A DNA stretch of 64,000 nt, taken from contig CAVWWD010000008.1 in NCBI GenBank assembly GCA_963758635.1, positions 928,001 through 992,000 on the forward strand. Direction: 5' to 3'. This document shows, in pieces, positions 1 to 10,851 of the stretch. A program made the translations under genes and the position numbers. Origin of the DNA: an uncultured Candidatus Rokubacteria bacterium. Its GTDB lineage: Bacteria; Methylomirabilota; Methylomirabilia; Rokubacteriales; CSP1-6. Positions within the stretch are counted from its first letter, which is position 1; each line of letters begins with the position of its first letter. The notes below the pieces were generated by a model. That model saw only the letters and a list, made by a program, of their open reading frames with translations, was not told the DNA's origin and did no database searches.

Positions 1-1092
1 TTCAAGCCCGACGTGGCGGTGAGCACGTACGCCGAGCACCTCGAGGCCTGGGAGACGCTGGACCGCCTGGGCTTCGACGGCGTGGGCTTCAACGAGCACC
101 ACACCTCGCCGTACGGGCTCATGAACTCCCCGAACCTCCTCGCCGCCGCCGCCGCGCAGCGGACGAAGCGCCTCCGCCTGCTCGTCTACGGCAACCTGCT
201 CCCGCTGCACGACCCGCTCCGGCTCGCCGAGGAGCTGGCCATGCTGGACTGCATGTCCGGCGGCCGCATCGTCTCGGGGTTCGCGCGCGGCATCCCGCGC
301 GAGTACAACGTGTACCGGGTGCCGCTGTCCGAGTCGCGCGCGCGGTTCGAGGAGGCGTGGGAGATCATCCGGCGCGCGTGGACCGAGGAGGTCTTCTCCT
401 ACACGGGGAAGTTCTGGAGCTACGAGGACGTGGCGATCTGGCCGCGGCCGGTGCAGCAGCCCCACCCGCCGGTCTGGGTGCCGGTCTCCGGGAGCAAGGA
501 GACGATCGAGTGGGCGGGCAAGCACGACATCCCGATCACCCCGGGGCTCGTGCCCACGCGCGGGTTGCGCGAGGACATCATCCGCTACTACGCGCGCTGC
601 CTGGCCCAGCACGGCCACCGCCTCACGCCCGGGCACCTGATCATCCAGGCCAGCGCCTACGTGGCGGACAGCAAGGCCCGGGCGGTGAAGGAGGCCGGGC
701 CCTACACGCTCTACTTCAACCAGACGCTGTTCAGCCACGGCAACGTCAGCGAGGCCAGCCGGCAGCGCGACGCCGGGTACCTGACCGACGCCTCCTTCGA
801 CTACGTGCGCCCGGAGAACCGCGCCGCCGTCTCCGGCGCGCGCGAGCGCTTCCGCGACATGACCATGGACGACGTCGCGCGCGACGCCGAGCAGATGGCG
901 TGGGGCGCGCCCGCCGAGGTGCGCGAGCGCATCATCGGCGCGGCGGAGCACGCGGGGGCCGACACCGTGCTCGTGAACATGAATCGCGGCGCGATGCCGC
1001 ACGAGATGTTCATGGAGCAGATCCGCCGCTTCGGCACCGAGGTCCTGCCCGCGCTGCAAGCCCACACGGTGACCGCCGTCCCCCTCGGCTGA
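1..1092 (+). CDS. LLM-class flavin-dependent oxidoreductase (5' end cut by window)
   Basis: FNEHH, PLRLAEELAMLDCMSGGR, WPRPVQQPHPPVW luciferase-like motifs. Confidence 0.9.
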   Translation, partial: FKPDVAVSTYAEHLEAWETLDRLGFDGVGFNEHHTSPYGLMNSPNLLAAAAAQRTKRLRLLVYGNLLPLHDPLRLAEELAMLDCMSGGRIVSGFARGIPREYNVYRVPLSESRARFEEAWEIIRRAWTEEVFSYTGKFWSYEDVAIWPRPVQQPHPPVWVPVSGSKETIEWAGKHDIPITPGLVPTRGLREDIIRYYARCLAQHGHRLTPGHLIIQASAYVADSKARAVKEAGPYTLYFNQTLFSHGNVSEASRQRDAGYLTDASFDYVRPENRAAVSGARERFRDMTMDDVARDAEQMAWGAPAEVRERIIGAAEHAGADTVLVNMNRGAMPHEMFMEQIRRFGTEVLPALQAHTVTAVPLG

Positions 1093-1094
1093 CC

Positions 1095-1992
1095 ATGGAC
1101 CGGCGCCGCCTCGGCAAGACCGACATCCAGGCGAGCGTGCTCGGCTTCGGCGGCTCCGAGATCGGCTACCAGGGCGTGAGCGGCCGCACGGTGGCCCGGC
1201 TGCTCGGCGCCGCCATCGACGGCGGCCTCAACGTGATCGACACCGCCGAGTGCTACGAGGACAGCGAGAGCCTGATCGGCAAGGCCCTCGGGGCCCGGCG
1301 CCGGGACGTGTACGTCTTCACCAAGTGCGGCCACGCCGGCGGCTGGGGCCGCGCGGAGTGGCGGCCCGCGCCGCTGCTCGCGAGCATCGAGCGGAGCCTC
1401 GAGCGGCTCGCCACCGACCACGTCGACCTGATCCAGCTCCACAGCTGCTCGCTGGCCGAGCTCGAGCGCGGCGACGTGATCGACGCGCTCGAGCGCGCGC
1501 GCGAGCGGGGGTGGGCCCGGTACGTCGGCTACAGCGGCGACGGCGAGGCGGCGCGCTACGCGGTGGAGACTGGTCGCTTCGACGTGCTCCAGACCTCGGT
1601 GAGCATCGCCGACCAGGAGGCGATCGACCTCACGCTGCCGCTGGCCGTCGGCGCGGAAGATGGGCGTCATCGCCAAGCGGCCGCTCGCCAACGTGGCGTG
1701 GCGCTACGCGAAGAAACCGGACGAGACGTACTACCAGCCGTACTGGTCACGCCTGCGCGCCCTGGACTTCCCGTTCCTGCGCGATGGTGATGAGGCCGCG
1801 GTGGGCGCGGCGCTCCGGTTCACGCTGGCCGTGCCCGGGGTGCACACCGCGATCGTCGGCACCACCCGCCCGGACCGCTGGAAGGAGAACGCGGCGCTGC
1901 TCGCGACGGGCCCGCTGCCCGCCCGCGAGTTCCGCTCGATCCGGGAGCGCTGGCGCGAGGTGGCCAAGCCCTCCTGGGTCGGCCAGGTCTGA
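1095..1992 (+). CDS. Aldo/keto reductase (frameshift near 1650)
   Basis: RRLGKTDIQASVLGFG, IDTAECY, SLERLATDHVDLIQLH; continues in second frame MGVIAKRPLAN. Confidence 0.88.
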
Positions 1993-2003
1993 CGACCGCC
2001 AGT

Positions 2004-2110
2004 CCCCTCTCCCTCTGGGGAGAGGGCAGGGTGAGGGGCGCGACAGCACGCGGCACGTCCGCCCGCCCGCTGACGCCCGACCCTCGCCCCGGCCTCTCCC
2101 GGAGAGGGAG
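2004..2110. repeat. REP-like inverted pair (CCCTCTCCC..GGGAGAGGG..GGTGAGGG family)
   Basis: Two inverted copies between convergent genes; same family at 37050 and 51586. Confidence 0.75.
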
Positions 2111-2113
2111 CGC

Positions 2114-3563
2114 CTACGCGCGCCGGATCGGGAACGCCGGCGGGATGATGCGGTCGACGCCGGCGCCGTCCCACCGCCAGGCGGACACCTGGCTCCAGAA
2201 GTGGCGCGTGGCCTCGCGTGCCTTGGCGTAGACTTCGGCCTCGTCCATCCGTGTCGCGCGGCCGCCCGACGACCAGCGTCTGGCCGTCCACGATCACCGT
2301 GTCCACGTCGCGGCCGCACGCCCCGTCCACCAGCGCCTTGATCGGATCCGCGTAGAAGGCCGCGCCCATGTGGTCCAGGTCGATCAGCAGGATGTCGGCC
2401 TTGGCGCCGGGCGCGAGGCGGCCGAGGTCGTCGCGGCGCAGCAGCGTGCACGCGCCCAGCGTGGCCGCGTTGTAGACGTCGCGCGGCTGGCCGGCCTGGT
2501 AGTTGGCGTCGGCGACCTTGGCGAGCATGGAGGCCCAGCGGAGCTCGGCCACGATGTCCATCGGGAACGTGTCGGTGCCGATGCTGAGCCGCACGCCGGC
2601 GTCCAGGTAGCGCTGGAAGGACTGGAGCGTGATGGCCATCTTCGCGTACTTGTACGGGCAATGGCCCACGGTGGCGCCGGTGGCGGCGAGCGTGGCGAGG
2701 TCGTCGCCGAACGCATAGTGCGTCCACGGGTGCGCGGTGGTGAAGACGCCGTGGCCGAGCAGCGTCCGGTCGTCGAGGAAGCCGATGTCGGCGAGGAACT
2801 GCACCGGCGTCCGGCCGTGCTCCTCGAAGACGCGCTGGAGCTCGATGAGGTTGCCGCCGGCGTGGGTGTGGATGGGCACGTCGAGGCTCCGGGCCGCGTC
2901 CTTGGCCGCGCGCAGGAGCGGCTCGCTGCACGTCTCCACCTGCGCCGCGTTCAGCATGCCGCGGAGCCGGCCCTGGGCGGCGCCGTCGAACTTCCGGATG
3001 AAGCCCACGGCCTCCTCGAGGCCCCGCGTGCCCGCCGCGGCGTCGGCCTCGTAGTAGAGACGGCCCTTGGCGTCCATGAACGTGTTCCGGTCGCGGAACG
3101 GCGGGCTCCCGTACACGCGCACGCCCACCTGCTCCACGATGCGCGCGTAGCCGTCCCAGTCGCCGCGGAGGCCGCCCACGTCGAGCACGGTGGTGGTGCC
3201 GTTCTTCAGCGCGTGGAGCAGCACCCAGGTCCGCAGCGCCGCGGTGGCCTCGGGGCTCGGCGGGCCGAACTTGCCCTTGAGCGGCGCCGCGAAGGCCATG
3301 TAGTTCGCGGTGCGGTAGTCGTTCTTGGCCATGTCGTGCAGCAGGTAGTCGCCGCCGGGCCCGGTGGGGTGCACGTGGGCGTTGGTGAAGCCGGGAGACA
3401 CGAGCTTCCCGCGCGCGTCGACGCGCGCGTCGGCGGGACCCGTGTAGGGAGCGCCGGCGTGGACGATGCGGTCGTCCTCGTAGACGACGCTGCCGCCCTC
3501 GTGCACCTCGTGGCCGCCGTCCTGGAACGCGACGACCCAGCCGCCCGCGATGTGGGTCTTCAT
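2114..3563 (-). CDS. Amidohydrolase, deaminase/chlorohydrolase-like (frameshift near 2265)
   Basis: PGFTNAHVH metal motif, HTH, LSIGTD, GRLAPGAKADI. Confidence 0.85.
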
Positions 3564-3614
3564 GCTCTCGCCTTTCGTGTCGCCGCCTCGGGGGGAGGCG
3601 CGGGGCTCATTGGG

Positions 3615-4676
3615 TCAGAGCCGGGACATCACCCGCTCGGCGAAGTCCTCGATGACGCGGTACTGCCGGTTGAGCGGCGGGTACAGCATGATCTGCCGGA
3701 GGCCCTCGCGCTCCAGCCGGCGCACGCCCTCGGCCAGATCCTCGGGCTGGCCGGCCAGGCACGTGGCGCGGACCAGGTCCGCGGTGACGAAGCGCGCCTC
3801 CTCGGGGTCCACGAAGCTGTAGTGGCTGGCGTGGAGGCGCTGGTGCCGCCGCTCGGGCGGCGCCTGGTTGAGCCAGTCGAGGTACGCCTTCCACACCGGG
3901 CGCGCGTACTCCGGCGGGTCCTCGCCGGTCTCGAGATGCCGGGCCACCAGGTAGTGGAGCCCGGTGATCACGGCGGCGCCGCACTCGCCCACGACGCGCT
4001 CGGAGTCCAGCGCCTCGCCCGGCTCGCACATCGCGATCGTGACCATCGCCGCGGTGTGGAAGTCCGCCGGCAGCTCGCGGCCGGCGCGCGCGGCGCCGCG
4101 CCGGGCGTTGTCCAGCATCGCGGGGACGGCGCCCCCGCGGGGCAGGCCGGAGATGAGCCCGTCGCCGATCTCGCCGGCCAGGGCCTGGGCCTTCGGGCCG
4201 AAGCCGGCCACGTACACGGGGATCGGGTGGTCCAGGTCGATGAAGCGGTGCTCCCGCATCTGGAAGCGCACGGGCCGCGTACGCCCGTCGAGCGTGTAGG
4301 CGATCTCGTCGCCGCGGAGCAGGTCCCGCACCGCGCGCACGTACTCCTTGAACGGGGCCAGCTTCATCGGCTCCTGGCCGAGCATCCGGACCGCGGTGTG
4401 CCCGGTGCCGAGCCCGATGAAGCAGCGCCCCGGCGCGAGGCGGTTGATGGTGGCGATGCCGTTGGCGGCGGCGGGCGCCAGGCGGAGGGCGGGCACGTTG
4501 ACGCCGGTGCCGAGCCGCATCCGCCGCGTCTCGCGCGCGGCCAGCGCGAGGACGGCCCAGCAGTTGGAGCGGATCATCGGGCTGTCCGTCACCCAGCAGT
4601 GGCTGTAGCCGAGGTTCTCCGCGTGGGAGATGTAGCCGATCTCGTCGATCTTGGCGGTGACGATCCCGAAGTCCAT
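3615..4676 (-). CDS. LLM-class flavin-dependent oxidoreductase
   Basis: [42 protein letters not shown]. Confidence 0.9.
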   Translation of the reverse strand: MDFGIVTAKIDEIGYISHAENLGYSHCWVTDSPMIRSNCWAVLALAARETRRMRLGTGVNVPALRLAPAAANGIATINRLAPGRCFIGLGTGHTAVRMLGQEPMKLAPFKEYVRAVRDLLRGDEIAYTLDGRTRPVRFQMREHRFIDLDHPIPVYVAGFGPKAQALAGEIGDGLISGLPRGGAVPAMLDNARRGAARAGRELPADFHTAAMVTIAMCEPGEALDSERVVGECGAAVITGLHYLVARHLETGEDPPEYARPVWKAYLDWLNQAPPERRHQRLHASHYSFVDPEEARFVTADLVRATCLAGQPEDLAEGVRRLEREGLRQIMLYPPLNRQYRVIEDFAERVMSRL

Positions 4677-4698
4677 GGGGTCCTCTGAAAGGCCGCGG

Positions 4699-6265
4699 CT
4701 ACGGGGCCGGCGGCTTGAGGAACAAGCTCACGTCGGTGGGCGTCACGAGGTCCGGCGCGGTCCAGCCGTCCAGGTCGTACTCGGCCATGCACTGCTCGGC
4801 GAAGCGGCGGAAGTCGTCGGTCTGGCCGCTGCCGTGGGCCAGGTTCCACGTGATCCGGCGCACCGTCTCCGGCGAGCCCGCGTAGTTCCGCTCGTACAGC
4901 TCGTGACGGCCGCCGAACTCCGTGCCCATCGCGTCCCACAGGAGCTTCATCAGCTTGATGCGCTCGACCGCGTCGGTGCCGTCGGAGCCGCGCAGGTACC
5001 GGTCCAGGTACGGGCGCAGGGCGGGGGCGCGGAAGTCCGCGGCGTGGGAGTTGATGTAGATCAGGCCGCTGGCGAGGATGCTCTCGGTGAGCTCCTTCAC
5101 GCGCGGATACGCCACCGTCGAGAAGACGCGATACGCCTGCGCGTAGTCGGGATTCGGCAGCACCGCACCGCTCCACGGCACCGGAGCGCGGACCATGGCG
5201 TCGGACAGGCCCCAGAAGAGGTGCCGCCAGGCGATCGCCTCGCCCACCGCGGTCTGCACGGATAGCGCATCCTTCGAGCCCACCGCGTCGACTGCCTTCA
5301 GGAGGAGCCCGGCGATGAAGTCGAGCTTCACGGCCAGGCGCGTGCAGCCGTGGAGCATCGCGCGCGGGTGGAACCCCGAGGCGTGGAAGAAGGCGTTCGA
5401 CTTGGCGAGGTCCTCGTAGATGAACACGTTCTCCCAGGGCACGAGGGCGCGGTCCAGGACGAGGATGGCGTCGTTCTCGTCCATGCGGCTGCTGAGCGGG
5501 TAGTCGAACGGACTGCCCATGACCTCCGCGGTCATCGCGTAGGACGGGCGGCAGATGAGCTTGACGCCCGGCGTGTCCATCGGCGCGATGAAGGTGACCG
5601 CGAACTCCTTCCGCTTGATGGCCGCCGTGCTGGGATGCGCGATGAAGTTCGCGTGCGTGAGGGCGGAGCCCGGTGGCCACCACCTTGGCCCCGCTCACGA
5701 TCAGGCCCGCGTCGGTCTCCTTCTCGACGTGGACGTACACGTCGGACCCCTCGTCGGCGGGGCGATGCCGGTCCACCGGCGGGTGCACGAGCGCGTGGTT
5801 CATGTAGAGCACGCGCTCCTGGGCGTGGCGGTACCAGCGCCGGGCGTTTTCCTGGTACGGCGTGTAGTAGTCGGCGTTGGCGCCGAGGGTGGCGAGGAAC
5901 GCCGCCTTGTAGTCGGGCGAGCGGCCCATCCAGCCGTAGGTGAGCCGCGCCCACAGCGTGATGGCGTCGCGCGCGGCGATCAGCTCCTCGGCGGTGGCGG
6001 AGGCGCGGAAGAAGCGATGCGTGTAGCCGCCCGAGCCGGTGTCGGTCGGGCAGGTGAGGGCGGCCTGCGTGTCCGGCGCGTGGAGCGCGTCGTAGAGGCG
6101 GGCGAGCATCCGGGCCGGGTTCCGGAAGGCCGGATGGGCGGTGACGTCCTCGACGCGCTCGCCGTGGATCCAGACCTCACGCGTGCCGCGGAGGCTCTCC
6201 AGGAACTCGGCGCCGGTGAAGGGCCGGGCGGAAGGAGACGGCGCCGCCCCGTCGGACGCGGGCAT
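4699..6265 (-). CDS. hpaB: 4-hydroxyphenylacetate 3-monooxygenase oxygenase-family protein (frameshift near 5670)
   Basis: [48 protein letters not shown]. Confidence 0.85.
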
Positions 6266-6285
6266 CGCTCGGGTTCCCGGCGCGC

Positions 6286-6744
6286 TTACGTCCGGCCCGC
6301 GGCGGCCTGCAGCTCCCGCACGTGCTCGGCCCAGTGGCGAGTGATGCCCTCCAGGCGCTGCCGTACCGTGAGCGTCTCGCCGTTGGCGCGCGCGAAGCAC
6401 GGCCGGTCCAGATCGGGCGCGCCGCGCGCGGCCCGCACGAGCCGCGCATGGGCCAGGCGGAGCTGGGTCAGCAGCTCGTCGAGGCTCTCGCCGGCGTGGA
6501 GATGGCGGCAGACCTCGTTGACCGCGTCGGCGCTGGCCGGCACCGGCCACACCGGCCCGCCCTGCGTGACGGACTCGATGCCCCAGGCGGTGCCGTCGTG
6601 GAAGTAGAGGAAGTGCATGAGGACGTCGCGGGCTTCCCAGCGGTCCACGCGGGCGCGGTTCGCGCGGCCCTGCCCGTCGAAGTAGGCGAAGGTCTCCCGC
6701 GCCACGCGGTCCAGCTCGGCGATGAGCGTGTCCTTGTCGGCCAT
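6286..6744 (-). CDS. DinB-like protein
   Basis: WEARDVLMH ... HWAEH four-helix metal motif. Confidence 0.7.
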   Translation of the reverse strand: MADKDTLIAELDRVARETFAYFDGQGRANRARVDRWEARDVLMHFLYFHDGTAWGIESVTQGGPVWPVPASADAVNEVCRHLHAGESLDELLTQLRLAHARLVRAARGAPDLDRPCFARANGETLTVRQRLEGITRHWAEHVRELQAAAGRT

Positions 6745-6754
6745 GGCGTCCCCC

Positions 6755-7843
6755 TCAGCTCACCTGGAAGCGCTTGATCGCCGCCTGGTCGAAGGCGAGG
6801 CCGAGCCCCGGCTTCTTCGGCACGAGGATCTGCCCGCCCTCGATGGCGGGCGTCTCCTCGAAGAGCCGGAGCGACCAGGGCATGTACTCGACGGTCAGCC
6901 CGTTGGGCACCGCGGCGACCAGGTGCACGTGGATCTCGGGGATGAGGTGGCTGACCACGGGGAGGTTGAACGCCTCGGCCATGCCCGCGACCTTCATCCA
7001 CTGCGTGATGCCGCCCACGCGCAGCAGGTCGATCATGACGATGTCGACGGAGCGCGCCTCCAGGAGGTGCCGGAACGGCACGATGCCGTAGTGGTACTCG
7101 CCGGCGGCGATGGGCGTGGCGAGCGCGTCGGCCACCCGCGCCAGCCCCGCGAAGTCGTCGTGGGCCACCGCGTCCTCCAGCCAGTAGAGCCCGTAGGGCT
7201 CGATGCGGCGCCCCACGTCGATGGCGTGGTGCACGCTCCAGAGCTGGTTGATGTCGCACATGAGGTCCACGTCGGGGCCGATCGCCTCGCGCATGACCCG
7301 CACGCGCTCCACCGACGCGCCGATGGTGGGCTCGCTCCCGCACTGCATCTTCATCTGGCGGAAGCCCATGTCGCGAAGGCGCGGGCCGGCCTTGGCGAGG
7401 TAGTCGATCGAGTGCGGGCGCATCAGGGCGCCGCTCGCGTAGGTGGGCGCCCGGTCGCGGAGCCCGCCGAGGAGCGCGCACACCGACTGGCCCGCCGCCT
7501 TGCCCCGGAGGTCCCAGCAGGCCATGTCCACCGCGGACAGCGCGAGCGAGAAGATGCCGCCGGGCCCGGAGCTGCCCGCGGCGCGCCGGAGCTTGGCGCA
7601 GATGGCCTCGACGCGCGCCGGGGTCCTCGCCGATCGTGAGCCGACCGAAGTCGTCGACGGCCGTCCGCAGGGCGGGGTGAGCGCGCCGCCGAAGAACGTG
7701 AGGCCGATGCCGACCAGCCCCTGGTCGGTGCCGAGCTCGAGGGTGACGAACTCGCGCGTGTCGGTGGGCGCGGGCAGGCCGACGACCAGGGGATTGTCGG
7801 CGGGCGTGCTGAGCACGCGCGTGGTGACGTGGGTGATCTTCAT
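6755..7843 (-). CDS. Mandelate racemase/muconate lactonizing enzyme family protein
   Basis: ALSAVDMACWDLRGK, metal ligands in DINQ, WLED, AAGE; VVSH. Confidence 0.88.
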   Translation of the reverse strand: MKITHVTTRVLSTPADNPLVVGLPAPTDTREFVTLELGTDQGLVGIGLTFFGGALTPPCGRPSTTSVGSRSARTPARVEAICAKLRRAAGSSGPGGIFSLALSAVDMACWDLRGKAAGQSVCALLGGLRDRAPTYASGALMRPHSIDYLAKAGPRLRDMGFRQMKMQCGSEPTIGASVERVRVMREAIGPDVDLMCDINQLWSVHHAIDVGRRIEPYGLYWLEDAVAHDDFAGLARVADALATPIAAGEYHYGIVPFRHLLEARSVDIVMIDLLRVGGITQWMKVAGMAEAFNLPVVSHLIPEIHVHLVAAVPNGLTVEYMPWSLRLFEETPAIEGGQILVPKKPGLGLAFDQAAIKRFQVS

Positions 7844-7888
7844 CGGTTGCGCTCCCAGGAAGATGTGGTCGCCTATACTACCGCCGAT

Positions 7889-8338
7889 TCACGCGCGCGA
7901 GAGCACCTGGTCGATCTCGTCGAGGTGCTCGGCGCGATGATCGGCGCGCGACAGGCTGAGCGGGCCGCCCGCGGCGGCGTTGGCCGCGATCATCTCGTCG
8001 GACAGCGCCTCGACCTTCCGGTCCACCTCGTCGGCGATGGCCAGGCAGACCTCGGCGGAGCGCCGCGGAGCCAGGGCGAGGAACATCGGCTTGGCCGCGT
8101 CGTTCACCCAGAGCACGTCGGGCGGCTCGAGCGCGGGCGGCTTGCCCGAGCGCGCCCACTGGTCGAGCAGCGTGATGATGCGCTGGTCCCAGAACGCCAG
8201 GTGGGCGAGGATGCCGGACACCGTCCAGCCCGCGGACACCGGGCGGGCGAGCTCCGCGTCGCTCAGCCGGGTGACGAGGGCGCGCAGGCGGGCGCGCTCG
8301 GCGTTGTTCCTGGCGACGTAGCCACGATCGACGGCCAT
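7889..8338 (-). CDS. DinB / maleylpyruvate isomerase N-terminal-like protein
   Basis: GWTVSGILAHLAFWD ... HRAEHLDEI; GGAGG upstream. Confidence 0.72.
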   Translation of the reverse strand: MAVDRGYVARNNAERARLRALVTRLSDAELARPVSAGWTVSGILAHLAFWDQRIITLLDQWARSGKPPALEPPDVLWVNDAAKPMFLALAPRRSAEVCLAIADEVDRKVEALSDEMIAANAAAGGPLSLSRADHRAEHLDEIDQVLSRA

Positions 8339-8373
8339 TGTCGTGTCCTCCGTGAGGGTGGGTGTGGGGGTGG

Positions 8374-9705
8374 TCAGGAGCGGCGCGCGCGGTCGGTCAG
8401 GGCGCGCTCGACCTCGTCGGCCCACGCGACCGGCTCGCCGCGCTGCGCGCGGGCCTCGCGGATGAGCCGCAGGTTGCGCGCCGTCGTCTCCGCCTCCCAG
8501 GGCTCGCGCACGGCGGCGAGGGCGCGCCCGAGCGACGCGGACGCGGCGGCGCGGTCCTTGGCGAGCACGGCCAGCTCGAGCTGGGTGGCGAAGTCCCAGT
8601 AGTCGGGCCGCGTGGCGCCGATGCGGCGCTCCACCGCGTAGGCCACGACGGGAACGAGCCGCTCGCGCCGGGGATCGGGCGGGTTGCGGATCTCCATGAG
8701 CGTGACGGCGTTGATGCCGGGGTAGGCGTCGCGCGGATCGGCCTCGAAGCCCTTCACGTACGCGTCGATGGCCTTGTCGAGCAGCCCCTCGGCGAGGAAC
8801 GACTGTCCCTCCTTGCTCGCCGCCTCCCAGCGGTCCTTGTAGACGCGGCCGAGGATGCCGTAGGTCTCGCTGCTGGGGCCCTGCGCGTCCAGGAGCTGGA
8901 GCAGCACGCGCTCCGCCTCTTCCCCGCGTCCGGCCCGGTTCAGGGCGAGGGCGAGCTGCTCCTGCACCATCACGCTGCGCGCGAGGGGCTCGGCCATCTT
9001 CCGCGCCAGGGCCACCATCTCCTCCCACGCGCGGACCGCGCGGTAGGAGAGGAAGAGGTCGATGACCACGCCCGCCTCCTGGTCGTCGATGGGATGAAGC
9101 GAGGCCTCCACGGCGAGCACGGCGTCCGCGCCCTGCTTGCGCGCGTCGGCGAGCCTGGACTTCACCTCGTCGCGGTACCGCACGCGGTCCCGGAACACGT
9201 CGGTCTTGAGCCGCTGGATGTCCGGGAACCCGTCCACGAGCTGGTAGACGGGGCTGTCCGCGGCCATGTCGCGCGCGGCCCGGAGCCGGGTCGTGATCGC
9301 CGCGCGGTCCGCGTCGAGGCGCTCGGGGCGGCCGTCGGGGCCCAGCTTGTAGGGCACGGCCCGGAGGAGCCCCACGTCGAACGGCTGCTGGCCCACGCCG
9401 TCGGCGAAGAGGAGCAGCGTGGAGGCGGGCCGCACGGCGTGACGGACGCCCAGCTCGTAGAAGACGTTGGCGTTGGCCGCGGTGAGGTCCGCCACGGCGA
9501 ACTCGCACAGGATGAGGCGCTCGAACATGGGCTTGTGGATGATGCCGCCGGTCAGCTCCTGGTCGGCGCGGAGCGGCTCCAGCCCCGCCGCCTGCACCCC
9601 GGGGACGATGAGGTCCTGGTACACGACGTCGAAGTCCACGGTGACGCCGGACGGCGTCGGCTTGCGGCCGAAGGGCATCAGGACGAAGCAGAGCGGGCTC
9701 GCCAC
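8374..9705 (-). CDS. DUF4071 / ASK1 TRAF-binding-like protein: nucleoside deoxyribosyltransferase-like domain plus TPR
   Basis: CFVLMPFG, ADLTAANANVFYELGVRHA, LFLSYR, ETYGILGRVYKD, YPGINAVTL, DYWDFAT. Confidence 0.8.
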   Translation of the reverse strand: MASPLCFVLMPFGRKPTPSGVTVDFDVVYQDLIVPGVQAAGLEPLRADQELTGGIIHKPMFERLILCEFAVADLTAANANVFYELGVRHAVRPASTLLLFADGVGQQPFDVGLLRAVPYKLGPDGRPERLDADRAAITTRLRAARDMAADSPVYQLVDGFPDIQRLKTDVFRDRVRYRDEVKSRLADARKQGADAVLAVEASLHPIDDQEAGVVIDLFLSYRAVRAWEEMVALARKMAEPLARSVMVQEQLALALNRAGRGEEAERVLLQLLDAQGPSSETYGILGRVYKDRWEAASKEGQSFLAEGLLDKAIDAYVKGFEADPRDAYPGINAVTLMEIRNPPDPRRERLVPVVAYAVERRIGATRPDYWDFATQLELAVLAKDRAAASASLGRALAAVREPWEAETTARNLRLIREARAQRGEPVAWADEVERALTDRARRS

Positions 9706-9772
9706 AGGGTGCAGTGTGGGTCATCGGTGGGGGACGTGCAAGGGCCGGGGCCGCGCAGGGCCTCTCGGACGA

Positions 9773-9811
9773 GTTGACACCCCGGGCGGCGGTCGCGTAA
9801 GTAGTGTCAAC
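9773..9811. promoter_or_regulatory. 8-bp inverted repeat GTTGACAC-N23-GTGTCAAC in divergent promoter region
   Basis: Perfect inverted repeat, each arm contains TTGACA; function unknown. Confidence 0.35.
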
Positions 9812-9812
9812 A

Positions 9813-10823
9813 ATGATCTCCGTGCGGCTCGTCCTCGGCCTCCTGCTCCTCGCCAGCCCCGCCTGGGCGCAGGGCGCCTTCACGCCCGACGCCGTCGACA
9901 TGGCGGCGGCGAAGAAGGAAGGCGCGGTGACCTGGTACACCTCGACGCCGGTCGAGGTGGCCCAGAAGATCGCCAACCTCTTCCAGGCGCAGACGGGCAT
10001 CAAGGTCGAGCTGTTCCGCTCCGGCGGCTCCGCGGTGCTGCGGCGGTTCATGCAGGAGATCGACGCCCGGCGCGTCATCGCCGACGTCATGACCATCTCC
10101 GATCCCGCCGCGGCCGGCGCATTGATCAAGCGCGACCTCCTCGTGCCGTTCCGGCCGAAGAACTTCGACAAGGTCAGGGAGGAGGTGAAGGACCCGAAGG
10201 GCTACCACGTCGCCCAGCGGCTGAACCTGGTGGGCATCGTGATCCGGACCGACAAGGGCGTCGAGCCGCCGAAGAACTGGACGGACCTGACGCACCCGCG
10301 CTTCAAGGGACAGATGGTGATGCCCGACCCCTCCTACACCGCGATCCAGCTCATGGTGGTCGGCACGCTCTCGAAGAAGTACGGCTGGGAGTTCTACCAG
10401 AAGCTCCGCGCCAACGACATCATGATCGTGCAAGGCCACCAGCAGGTGTCGGAGACGCTCACGCGGGGCGAGCGGCTCGTGGCCGCGGAGGGCGCCGACC
10501 AGTACGCGTGGACCGACCGGAAGGCCGGCCACAAGGTGCAGACGATCTACCCGGCGGACGGCGGCTTCGCCATCGCCGCGCCGACCGCGGTGATCAAGGG
10601 CGGGCCGCACCCGAACGCGGCGAAGGCCCTCGCCGAGTTCATGATCAGCGACACCGTCCAGAAGCTCTTCCCCGGCGAGGGCATCTACGCCGCGCGGTCG
10701 GACGTGGAGCCGCCCCCCGGCAATCCGCCGCTCGCCCAGATCAAGCTCCTCGCCGTGGACTACGACCAGATCGAGAAGGACGCCAAGGCGCTGAAGACGC
10801 GGTTCAACGAGATCTACCAGTGA
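9813..10823 (+). CDS. ABC transporter substrate-binding protein (AfuA/FbpA-like)
   Basis: Signal peptide ASPAWA, AAAKKEGAVTWYTS, PKNWTDL, PHPNAAK. Confidence 0.88.
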   Translation: MISVRLVLGLLLLASPAWAQGAFTPDAVDMAAAKKEGAVTWYTSTPVEVAQKIANLFQAQTGIKVELFRSGGSAVLRRFMQEIDARRVIADVMTISDPAAAGALIKRDLLVPFRPKNFDKVREEVKDPKGYHVAQRLNLVGIVIRTDKGVEPPKNWTDLTHPRFKGQMVMPDPSYTAIQLMVVGTLSKKYGWEFYQKLRANDIMIVQGHQQVSETLTRGERLVAAEGADQYAWTDRKAGHKVQTIYPADGGFAIAAPTAVIKGGPHPNAAKALAEFMISDTVQKLFPGEGIYAARSDVEPPPGNPPLAQIKLLAVDYDQIEKDAKALKTRFNEIYQ

Positions 10824-10851
10824 CCGGTCGAAGGGTCAGAAGGAGACTCCG

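Noticed and set aside
2370..4688. Long opposite-strand and alternate-frame ORFs (also 16983-19106, 56793-59762 and others)
   Set aside because: Arg/Gly/Ala-rich shadow ORFs expected at high GC, overlapping well-supported genes
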